A DNA stretch of 50,413 nucleotides from a virus (taxonomy: Duplodnaviria > Caudoviricetes), in the IMG/VR virus record IMGVR_UViG_3300014501_001247, positions 1 to 50,413 of that record; one strand, written 5' to 3'. Positions 44,200 through 50,413 of this stretch are shown here, piece after piece. Within the stretch, counting starts at the first letter, position 1. Each line of letters opens with the position of its first letter. The position numbers and the translations under genes are program-made. The notes under the pieces are model-generated. The model searched no databases and had not been told where the DNA came from. It saw nothing but the letters and a program-made list of their open reading frames with translations.

Positions 44200-44637
44200 T
44201 CATGCGGCGTCTCCACCGCGGCCCCGGGAGAGGTCGGCAGGCACCGCCGGCGTGATGCGGCTTTGCGCCAGGCCCATGCAGCCCTCCGGCGCCGCCGGCG
44301 GCGCGCCGGCCTCTCCCGGCGCCGCGGCGCCTCCGCGTGTCGCCCGCGCTTCATCGAGCGCAGCGGCGAGCAGGTCGGCGTCGCCGTAGATGATGCGGGT
44401 GATGCGCTTGGCGCTCCAGACCCCGCTGTAGCGATCGCGGATGGCGCGATCGATGAGATCGAGTGCGCAGCTCGCGCGAACCACATGGCTGCGATGAAAG
44501 CAGTAGGGCCGCGGCCCGCTGCGTTGGGCGCCCTGCTGCTGCGACCGCAGCCTGAGATCGGCCTCCGCGGCCGCGATCAGCGCGCTCGGCTTGAGCGCAA
44601 AGGCCTTGATGCCGTGGCGCTCGAGGAGCAAACTCAT
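44200..44637 (-). CDS. Hypothetical protein (145 aa)
   Basis: ATGA coupling with the upstream ORF; start MSLLLERHG. Confidence 0.55.
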   Translation of the reverse strand: MSLLLERHGIKAFALKPSALIAAAEADLRLRSQQQGAQRSGPRPYCFHRSHVVRASCALDLIDRAIRDRYSGVWSAKRITRIIYGDADLLAAALDEARATRGGAAAPGEAGAPPAAPEGCMGLAQSRITPAVPADLSRGRGGDAA

Positions 44638-44888
44638 CGCCGCCCCCGCTCGAGCGCCGAATAGCCCGGCAGCGGATCGCCGCAGAACGCCGCGGTGAGG
44701 TCGCGCGGGTCGAGCGCCAGGCGCGCGTCGCGCTCGGCCAGGACCGCCTCCGGGATGCTGTGCACCGAGGCGGCATAGACCGAGCGGTGCTCGGCGGGCG
44801 AGACATGAAGCCCCTCGTCCGACTTGCGCGGCGCCCGGCGCTTGGAGCGGCGCATCCGCTCGATGGTGTGGGGGATCGGAACCGTCAC
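44634..44888 (-). CDS. Hypothetical protein with RDLTA..CGDPLPGYSAL motif (84 aa)
   Basis: GTGA/ATGA coupled at both ends; C-terminus paralogous to 39387-39686. Confidence 0.65.
   Translation of the reverse strand: MTVPIPHTIERMRRSKRRAPRKSDEGLHVSPAEHRSVYAASVHSIPEAVLAERDARLALDPRDLTAAFCGDPLPGYSALERGRR
44650..44708. repeat. 59-bp imperfect direct repeat, copy 2
   Basis: 53/59 identical to 39400-39458. Confidence 0.85.
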
Positions 44889-45187
44889 GACGCGGCCTGC
44901 AAGTGTTCCTGCGCGTCGCGTCGGCGCCGATCGTGCTGTCGTCCCGGAAGCTTGAAGCGGTCAAACACGCCGGCGTCGTAGAGCGCGAGCCAGTGCCCGA
45001 GCTCCTCGCCCGAGAGGTCGTGCGCGGCGACCGCCTGTGCCGGCGTGACGATGCCGCGGCGGATCGCGAGCGCGAGCGAAAATTTTCGCAGCGGCGTCCA
45101 GCGCCCGACCGGCTCCAACGCCTCGCGGCGCTGTCGCGCCCGGAAATGACGTTGCAGCTGGGTGAGTTTGCCGCGACGGCGCTTCAT
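44885..45187 (-). CDS. SciP/DUF1153-like HTH protein (CtrA-inhibitor family)
   Basis: RWTPLRK......IRRGIVT.AQA.AAHDLS.EELGHW...Y..G matches the SciP pattern RW...RK..V..V..G..S..EA...Y.LS.EEF..W; AAGGA RBS. Confidence 0.7.
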   Translation of the reverse strand: MKRRRGKLTQLQRHFRARQRREALEPVGRWTPLRKFSLALAIRRGIVTPAQAVAAHDLSGEELGHWLALYDAGVFDRFKLPGRQHDRRRRDAQEHLQAAS

Positions 45188-45189
45188 CG

Positions 45190-45378
45190 TCAGTCCTTCC
45201 GCGCCACGTAGTCGATCTCGCGCGGGCACGGCAGCACCGCGTCGGCGAGGTGGCAGGCCTCGTAGATGCTCGCCGCCTTGCGCCAGCGCGCCCCCTTCAC
45301 CGCCTGCGGCTTGAACGACACCGCGCCGCTCTCGGCGTCGTCGAGGTGAACCAGCAGCACGGGAAGCGCCTCGCTCAT
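45190..45378 (-). CDS. Hypothetical protein (62 aa)
   Basis: ATGA coupling; operon orientation. Confidence 0.55.
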   Translation of the reverse strand: MSEALPVLLVHLDDAESGAVSFKPQAVKGARWRKAASIYEACHLADAVLPCPREIDYVARKD

Positions 45379-45680
45379 CGCTGCGCCCGCTCGCGAAAGA
45401 ACCGCACGCGCGCGCTCTGCAGATCGAGGATGCGCTTGTCGCCGGCGATCGCCAGAGCCTCAGCGTCGGTCAGCTCGCGCAGCGACAGGCCGTCGGCATA
45501 CGCCATGAGGTGCCCGCAGCCGATGCAGATGGTGATGTTGCCGGGCTCGGGCGCATCGTCCTCATTCACCCCGCTCGCGCGATCGAGGATCTTGTCGCAG
45601 CTAAGGCACTGCACCGAGGGCACGACGTAGTCGGTGTCGCCGATGAACTTCGCCCCCTCGCGCTTGAGGCAGTCGCTCAT
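45375..45680 (-). CDS. Zinc-binding hypothetical protein (101 aa)
   Basis: CLSC...PEPGNITICIGCG...LRELT; ATGA coupling. Confidence 0.7.
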   Translation of the reverse strand: MSDCLKREGAKFIGDTDYVVPSVQCLSCDKILDRASGVNEDDAPEPGNITICIGCGHLMAYADGLSLRELTDAEALAIAGDKRILDLQSARVRFFRERAQR

Positions 45681-45856
45681 CGCAGCGACACTCCGAGGGC
45701 GTGCAGGATGCCGGCGATCGCGGTCGCGAGCGCGAGCGCCAGGCCGGAGGAAAGGAGCGACAGCGCGAGCGCCCCCGCGGCCGCCTTCGCCGTGAGGCGA
45801 TCATCGTTGGCCTCGCGCGCGCGCGCGAGGCCGGACAAACTCAGGAGCGCCCTCAC
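45677..45856 (-). CDS. Small membrane protein (59 aa)
   Basis: GTGA/ATGA coupled; hydrophobic C-terminal half. Confidence 0.5.
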   Translation of the reverse strand: MRALLSLSGLARAREANDDRLTAKAAAGALALSLLSSGLALALATAIAGILHALGVSLR

Positions 45857-46278
45857 GACACCGCCCCCGCAGCCGCCGGCAGCAGGAATTCCGCAGCGAC
45901 ATCGCCCTCGATGCCGTCGGCGACGCTCGCGAACTGCCAGCGCGGATGCTTCCACTGGAACCAGCACGCGAGCGAACAGCCGAGCGCGCCGGGCTCGACC
46001 ATCACGGTGATGCGGGCGAGATAGTCGGCGGCGTGCGCGCCGACGAAGGTGCCCGGCCGCCACCAGTCGCAGATAACCTTGACCGGCCGCGTCTCGCTGC
46101 GCGCGAGCGAGAGCGCGATCTCGTCGAGCATCGACGTGATCACCCGGTGCGGCGGCTCGAACGGCCGCCAGTTCTGATGCGGCCGGATCCAGGCCTGCGC
46201 CGCGAGGCTCGTCGGCGGCCGCAGCGGGCCGGGCAGATGAAGCGGTGGCGTCGATTGCGCGGTGTGCTGCGCGGGCAT
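45853..46278 (-). CDS. Hypothetical protein (141 aa)
   Basis: GGAGGA RBS before ATG 46278. Confidence 0.6.
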   Translation of the reverse strand: MPAQHTAQSTPPLHLPGPLRPPTSLAAQAWIRPHQNWRPFEPPHRVITSMLDEIALSLARSETRPVKVICDWWRPGTFVGAHAADYLARITVMVEPGALGCSLACWFQWKHPRWQFASVADGIEGDVAAEFLLPAAAGAVS

Positions 46279-46417
46279 GGCAAAAATCCTCCGGTTGCCG
46301 TTTCGTTGATCGGGTTTTTGAACACAACCGGCGAGGCCCCGTGACAGAGGGGGGATGAGGCTCCGGGGTTTCGGAGCGCGGGGCCTCGCCGCACGCAACG
46401 CACGCGAAAAGCGGGAC

Positions 46418-46466
46418 TTACCCACAGCAATCCACAGGGCGGCTCTTATCCACAGCCTGTGGACGA
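46418..46466. promoter_or_regulatory. Cluster of four DnaA-box-like 9-mers
   Basis: TTACCCACA 46418, CAATCCACA 46428, perfect TTATCCACA 46446 and inverted TGTGGACGA 46458, all in the intergenic gap after cro. Confidence 0.65.
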
Positions 46467-46522
46467 CTCGACTCTCAGGGCCGCGCCCCGCACCATCGGC
46501 GCGGGAGGGCAAAGCAAAACCG

Positions 46523-46789
46523 TTACGCCGCGCGGGATTTCCTGGTGGCGGCGCGCGTGCGGCCGCGACGCCGGGCGAAGAGCTCGGCGAGGTCAGGCCG
46601 CAGCAGACCCGGCGCGATGCCGGTCTTTCTCGTGATCTCCGGCAGCTGTTCGACCTCGGGCTTCCGTTCCCCCGTCTCCCAACGTGAAATGGACGCCTTC
46701 GACGTGCCGAGCTGCTGCGCCAGCTGCTCCTGAGTGAGCGGCGGCGACTGACGTTCCCGATAGGCCCTCAGCGGGTGGAGTGATTCCAT
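46523..46789 (-). CDS. Cro-like XRE HTH regulator
   Basis: LTQEQLAQQLGTSKASISRWETGERKP HTH; divergent from the repressor. Confidence 0.9.
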   Translation of the reverse strand: MESLHPLRAYRERQSPPLTQEQLAQQLGTSKASISRWETGERKPEVEQLPEITRKTGIAPGLLRPDLAELFARRRGRTRAATRKSRAA

Positions 46790-46798
46790 ACCCCGCTT

Positions 46799-46892
46799 GT
46801 TACCGCATTGGTAGCAGGCCTGTCAAGCACGGCGCTACCGGATCGGTAGACGACGGCGCGGTCCCGGAGGGCTAAGTTGCCAACATGGTAAC
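46799..46892. promoter_or_regulatory. Immunity operators (3 copies of G[T/C]TACC-N5-GGTA[A/G]C) and leftward promoter
   Basis: GTTACCgcattGGTAGC 46799, GCTACCggatcGGTAGA 46834, GTTGCCaacatGGTAAC 46876; minus-strand TTGACA at 46821-46826. Confidence 0.85.
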
Positions 46893-47202
46893 GGGAATCA
46901 TGCTGCAGGCACGCGGACATCTGTACATCGAAGAGTGGATGAAAGAGCTCGGCCTCACCGACGAGAAGCTCGGGCTGCGCATGGACAAAAGCCGCACCAC
47001 GATTTGGCGCTGGCGGACCGAACAGCACCGGCTAAACCCCGAAAAGATCGCCGATATCGCAACGGCAATGGGGCTCGAACCGGACCAACTGTGGCGAACC
47101 CCGAGCCGGCCGAGCCTCGACGCGCTGGTCAAGAATGCGTCGGACGACATGGTCAAGAAGGCCGCCGACGTCGTCAACATCCTGCTGAAGACCGGGACCT
47201 AG
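46885..47202 (+). CDS. CI-like XRE HTH repressor (no S24 peptidase domain)
   Basis: YIEEWM...GLTDEKLG.RM.KSRTTIWRW HTH; divergent from cro; start could be 46885 or 46900. Confidence 0.85.
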   Translation: MVTGIMLQARGHLYIEEWMKELGLTDEKLGLRMDKSRTTIWRWRTEQHRLNPEKIADIATAMGLEPDQLWRTPSRPSLDALVKNASDDMVKKAADVVNILLKTGT

Positions 47203-47213
47203 CGAGTGATTCG

Positions 47214-47498
47214 GTGGGCGAACGCACCGACAAATTCCTGGCACGCAGGGCCGCCGACCGGACAACTTGCGTCTGGGCAAACCTCATCGCCGTGGCCGTT
47301 TGCCTGTTCGACTACACCGTCGCCGGGCACGAATGGGCGCTCGAAACCCTCGCGGCGTTGGTGATTCTCATCAATGGCGGCTATCTCCTGATGGAACGCG
47401 CCGAGCTCAAGCGCGCCCAGGAAGACGACGCAATGACCGAGCGGGAAAACGCGCGCGCCCGAGCAGTCCGTGACCAGCGCTGGGGGAGTGGGCGGTGA
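47214..47498 (+). CDS. Two-TM membrane protein downstream of the repressor (94 aa)
   Basis: GTG start; two hydrophobic segments; GTGA coupling to the next ORF. Confidence 0.55.
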   Translation: MGERTDKFLARRAADRTTCVWANLIAVAVCLFDYTVAGHEWALETLAALVILINGGYLLMERAELKRAQEDDAMTERENARARAVRDQRWGSGR

Positions 47499-47833
47499 TT
47501 CGCCGCGGCGCCCTGGGGCTCGTGTGTGCTCTCCTGGCCGTGGGGCCGGGCGCGCGAGCCAATCCGCTTTGCGCCATGTCGCGCGAGCAGGCCAACCACT
47601 CCCCGGCCTGCGTCCGCTATTATTTCACCTGCCAGGGCCAAATGGTTCCGCTCAAGGGCGAGGGCATCTACGCCAACCTCTCGCAGCTGGAGCGGCAGCG
47701 CCTGATGCTTGGGCTCGTCTTCACCGCGGCCGAGAAGGACTGCGACACCTTCAGCTATCAGGAGGCCCTGGCGGCGATGCGGGCAAAAATCTTCATGCTC
47801 GAAGGCCGCCCGGGGCTGTTACCGGATCGGTAA
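47495..47833 (+). CDS. Secreted Cys-containing protein (112 aa)
   Basis: GGGGAG RBS; signal peptide ending ARA; four Cys in the mature part. Confidence 0.65.
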   Translation: MIRRGALGLVCALLAVGPGARANPLCAMSREQANHSPACVRYYFTCQGQMVPLKGEGIYANLSQLERQRLMLGLVFTAAEKDCDTFSYQEALAAMRAKIFMLEGRPGLLPDR

Positions 47834-47870
47834 ATTTCGGTTGACAGTGGCGTTACCGATCCGGTAGCGT
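47818..47870 (+). promoter_or_regulatory. Rightward early promoter flanked by two operators
   Basis: GTTACCggatcGGTAAA 47818 and GTTACCgatccGGTAGC 47852 bracket a perfect TTGACA (47841-46). Confidence 0.85.
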
Positions 47871-47909
47871 CATCCCAGCCCCCGACTCAGCGGGGCATGG
47901 GAGTGCGTC

Positions 47910-48104
47910 ATGCCCACCGGCATCGTCCTTGTCTGCCCGCATTGCGACGGCCTGCTCGAGATCCTCGGGGAGGCACCGCGTCCGCACGAGCTCGAGGCGT
48001 GGCTGTGCGACTGCGGCGGCGTGTTGATGTGCGCCGAGGAGGAGCCCGAGGGCGCCAGCGCCCGTCGCGGCGCCGCACCGCCGACCGCGCCGCGGGAGGG
48101 CTGA
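47910..48104 (+). CDS. Small zinc-ribbon protein (64 aa)
   Basis: GGGAG RBS; CPHC...CDC motifs; first gene after the promoter. Confidence 0.55.
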   Translation: MPTGIVLVCPHCDGLLEILGEAPRPHELEAWLCDCGGVLMCAEEEPEGASARRGAAPPTAPREG

Positions 48105-48107
48105 GCC

Positions 48108-48410
48108 GTGGGCTTCCTCACCGCGATCGGCCTTTCCACCGGCTTTCTGCGTTCCGAGCCGCCGGCCGGCAAGGTGCGCCAGAGCCATATCGCGCCGCGG
48201 CGCCCCGGCGTAACCGCCGGCGGCTTCGTCGATCCGCGTCAGCGCGCCGGGACCAAGCGCATTGCGGTCACCATCGACGACGCCACGTTCGCCCGCGTCG
48301 CCGCCTTCGCCGCGGCCGAAGAGGTGAGCTTTGCCGCCGCGGCGCGCCTCCTCATCGAGCGCGGCTGCGCCGCGCTGCCTAATGCGAAGGAGGCCCCGCC
48401 ATGCCGCTGA
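48108..48410 (+). CDS. Ribbon-helix-helix (CopG-like) DNA-binding protein
   Basis: KRIAVTIDDATFARVAAFA..EEVSFAAAARLLIERG. Confidence 0.65.
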   Translation: MGFLTAIGLSTGFLRSEPPAGKVRQSHIAPRRPGVTAGGFVDPRQRAGTKRIAVTIDDATFARVAAFAAAEEVSFAAAARLLIERGCAALPNAKEAPPCR

Positions 48411-48901
48411 CGCGCCTGTTCGGCTCGAAGCGCCGCGAGACGCTGTGGCTGCGCGAGAAGCACGCCGCCTATGTGGCCGGCCGCGGCCGCCTCCCGATCT
48501 GCAACCTGTGCGGCCTCCCCGTCGCGCAAACCGACGCCTGGGACGAGAGCCACCATCGCGAAAAACCGCGCGCCTTCGGCGGCGGCCGCGGCCTCGAGCA
48601 CGTCGGCATCGCCCACCACCGCTGCAACCACGAGCACGGCGCCAAGGTCGTCACCCCGGCCAAGGCCAAGGCCGACCGCGTGCGCCGCTTCCACATCGGC
48701 GCCGGCGGCCCCGGGCTCGGCAAGGCGCGCATGCGCGGCGGCCGCCGCTCGGGCGAGCGCAAGACCTTCGGCCACGGCGTCGTGCGCCGGCAAAGCGCCG
48801 CCGAGCGCCACGCCGCCATGCGCGAGCGCCTGGCGCTCACCGCCGCCGACGGCTCGCCGGTCGGGCTGTGGGCGCCCGACCCGCCGGCGGCGGAGGCGTG
48901 A
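48401..48901 (+). CDS. HNH endonuclease-like protein
   Basis: CNLCG....WDESH....FGG....VGIAH.RCN..H...V.P..AKADRVR..HIG. Confidence 0.75.
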   Translation: MPLTRLFGSKRRETLWLREKHAAYVAGRGRLPICNLCGLPVAQTDAWDESHHREKPRAFGGGRGLEHVGIAHHRCNHEHGAKVVTPAKAKADRVRRFHIGAGGPGLGKARMRGGRRSGERKTFGHGVVRRQSAAERHAAMRERLALTAADGSPVGLWAPDPPAAEA

Positions 48902-48906
48902 AGCCG

Positions 48907-48996
48907 ATGAGCGAGGTCGCCACCATGCTCGTCGTCGCCGTCTTCATCCTGCTCGCGATCTCGGCCGTGTGCTGGCTGTTCAATCCCGGGAGGTAA
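48907..48996 (+). CDS. Single-TM micropeptide (29 aa)
   Basis: MSEVATMLVVAVFILLAISAVCWLFNPGR fills the gap exactly. Confidence 0.5.
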   Translation: MSEVATMLVVAVFILLAISAVCWLFNPGR

Positions 48997-48998
48997 GC

Positions 48999-49214
48999 AT
49001 GGCTCGCATAGGCGCGCTGCGACAACCGATCTTGAGCTGCAACGGCTGCGGCTGCGACGACCGCCATCCCTGCATCACGGAGGGCGGGCCGTGCGCTTGG
49101 TTCATGCTCTCGATCGACGGACCAAGCGGGCTCTGCACCGCCTGCGCCGAGGAGCTCGGCTACGAGGCCTTCATGTACCGCCCGGACAGCCTCGACGAGG
49201 ACGAGGCGGCGTGA
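48999..49214 (+). CDS. Cys-rich zinc-binding protein (71 aa)
   Basis: GGAGGT RBS; C..CGC.D...C......C.W.........LC.AC. Confidence 0.75.
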   Translation: MARIGALRQPILSCNGCGCDDRHPCITEGGPCAWFMLSIDGPSGLCTACAEELGYEAFMYRPDSLDEDEAA

Positions 49215-49291
49215 GCGCTGCCGGCGATTGCCGCCTTCTGTCAGTTGCGTCCCGCGTCCGACACCGACCGAAACCTCCCGGAGCGGAGACC

Positions 49292-49666
49292 ATGCGCGCC
49301 CACGCGCTCAAGAGCTGGCCCAAAATGTTCGCCGCCATCGCAGCTGGCGCGCGCGGCGACCTGCGCCGCGCCGACCGCGACTTCCGCGCCGGCGACCTGG
49401 TGCGTTTCAACGAGTTCGTGCCGGACTATCAGAAGCCGCGCACCGGGCTGACCGGCCATCGCCGCGACCGCATCATCGTCGCGGTCGAGCGCGCCTGGGC
49501 CGGCGGCCCCGACTACATGGGCCGCCACGTCACGCTGACACTGCGCCCGCTCAAGTGGACCGAGCACCTCGGCATCCTCGCCGGCCTCGGCCGCTACCGC
49601 GTCGACTGGCTCGAGCCGCTGCCGCCGGCGCGCAGCGCACCGGCGAAGGCCGGAGACGCTGCATGA
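49292..49666 (+). CDS. ASCH/DUF3850-like protein
   Basis: GGAG RBS; H.LKSWP..F.AI..G....LR..DRDF..GD.V...E....TG. Confidence 0.75.
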   Translation: MRAHALKSWPKMFAAIAAGARGDLRRADRDFRAGDLVRFNEFVPDYQKPRTGLTGHRRDRIIVAVERAWAGGPDYMGRHVTLTLRPLKWTEHLGILAGLGRYRVDWLEPLPPARSAPAKAGDAA

Positions 49667-49941
49667 GCGAGCGGCTGAGCAATTCGCAAATCGTCGTCAT
49701 GCGCTCGCTCCTCACGCGCAGTGGCGGCCGCCCGGTCGCGCTCGATCATGGCTGGCAGCGCGGCATGGTGCTGCCGCTGTCGCGCCGCGGCTTGATCGAG
49801 GTTTGGTATCGCCAGTCACCCGGCGAGGATCCTTCGCTGCGGGGACCCTACTTCAGCTTGAGCATAGCAGGCGCCCGGCTCGCCGCATGCTTCACCAATC
49901 CGGCGCCTCGCGGATTTTCAGGGGCGGAGCACTGCAGATGA
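49663..49941 (+). CDS. Hypothetical winged-helix-like protein (92 aa)
   Basis: ATGA coupled; L.RRGLIEV...YFSLS.AG. Confidence 0.6.
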   Translation: MSERLSNSQIVVMRSLLTRSGGRPVALDHGWQRGMVLPLSRRGLIEVWYRQSPGEDPSLRGPYFSLSIAGARLAACFTNPAPRGFSGAEHCR

Positions 49942-50243
49942 CGAACCATCCGAACCGCGCCAAGGCGAAAGCCGAGCGCGCGGTACTTGTGACGACAGCG
50001 CATCGTGGCGTTTTCTTCGGGTACGCATCAGACACCGACGGCCAGACGATCAAGCTGCGTGGCGCGCGCAACTGTCTCTATTGGGACAGCAAGGTAAAGG
50101 GCTTCATCGGTCTCGCCAGCACCGGGCCGATCGGCGGCTGCCGCGTCGGTCCGGCCGCCGACATCGAGCTGCGCGACATTACGTGCGTGGCGGAGTGCTC
50201 GCCCGAGGCGGTGAAGGCCTGGGAGGCTGCGCCATGGAAATAG
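49938..50243 (+). CDS. DUF6948-like (Sm-like fold) phage protein (101 aa)
   Basis: VLVTT.HRGVFFG......IKL..AR....W......LA..GP...C.V........I.....C..EA. Confidence 0.75.
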   Translation: MTNHPNRAKAKAERAVLVTTAHRGVFFGYASDTDGQTIKLRGARNCLYWDSKVKGFIGLASTGPIGGCRVGPAADIELRDITCVAECSPEAVKAWEAAPWK

Positions 50244-50413
50244 TGTCGCCGACAAAAATTGTCCGGGGCGCAGCCCCGGACCCATTATTGTTTGATCGCT
50301 CCGGCTCCGGCGACGGCTCCGGCTACGGCTCCGGCTCCGGCTCCGGCTACGGCTACGGCTCCGGCTACGGCTACGGCTCCGGCTACGGCTACGGCGACGG
50401 CGACGGCTCCGGC
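50243..50413 (+). CDS. Gly-X repeat protein, truncated by the window end
   Basis: TAGTG coupling; open frame VSPTKIV...SGSGDGSGYGSG... runs to the end. Confidence 0.6.
   Translation, partial: MSPTKIVRGAAPDPLLFDRSGSGDGSGYGSGSGSGYGYGSGYGYGSGYGYGDGDGSG
50300..50413 (+). repeat. Hexamer tandem repeat (TCC/TAC/GAC)GGC x19
   Basis: Directly visible; encodes (S/Y/D)-G dipeptides. Confidence 0.95.

Larger units (their letters stand above)
1..50413. mobile_element. Near-complete temperate podovirus-like phage/prophage genome (T7/BPP-1-like virion module, lambdoid-like switch)
   Basis: Terminase, portal, scaffold, capsid, tail tube A/B, ejection proteins, tail fibre, lysis cassette and divergent HTH switch are all present. 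No host housekeeping genes are seen. Confidence 0.95.

Noticed and set aside
43970-44203. 77-aa ORF upstream of the replication gene
   Set aside because: Coupled by ATGA overlaps, but the composition is Arg/Ser-rich with no motif; left uncalled.
39400-44708. 59-bp repeats as attL/attR or DGR template/variable repeats
   Set aside because: Differences are mostly synonymous and not adenine-specific, both copies are coding, and phage genes lie on both sides.
50300-50413. Tandem repeat as a CRISPR array or DGR
   Set aside because: 6-bp coding repeat with no spacers; no cas or reverse transcriptase gene in the window.
1-50413. tRNA/rRNA genes, DNA polymerase, helicase, classical integrase, E1/JAB enzymes
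   Set aside because: No recognisable motifs found by eye; they could lie outside the window.

Overview
This window is an almost complete, GC-rich (about 70% by eye) temperate podovirus-like phage or prophage. The host is probably an alphaproteobacterium of the Hyphomicrobiales type, inferred from a SciP/DUF1153-like gene, an RcGTA-type head-spike base gene and a Rhizobiales-type small protein. A Cro/CI-like switch at 46.5-47.2 kb, with five palindromic operators between 46.8 and 47.9 kb, splits the genome into two arms. The + strand early arm runs 47.9 kb to the window end and apparently continues at 1-1.7 kb. The - strand arm carries, in order: early and replication genes, a late regulator, a Cre-like tyrosine recombinase with an adjacent crossover-like site, terminase, head spike, portal, scaffold, major capsid protein, head fibre, a two-gene glycosyl/methyltransferase cassette, T7-like tail tube A/B, a GNAT protein, ejection proteins, tail fibre and a lysis cassette. 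The strongest novelty candidates are: (1) a separately promoted two-gene unit at 1724-2987, a 73-aa protein ending in -LVGG coupled to a Cys-containing partner (possible ubiquitin-like modifier/conjugase); (2) the TPR-glycosyltransferase-FkbM plus GT4 cassette inside the virion operon; (3) a capsid-gene leader with three copies of one RNA internal loop; (4) an ejection protein with an ADP-ribosyltransferase-like domain. All family calls come from motif recognition by eye; no database search was run.
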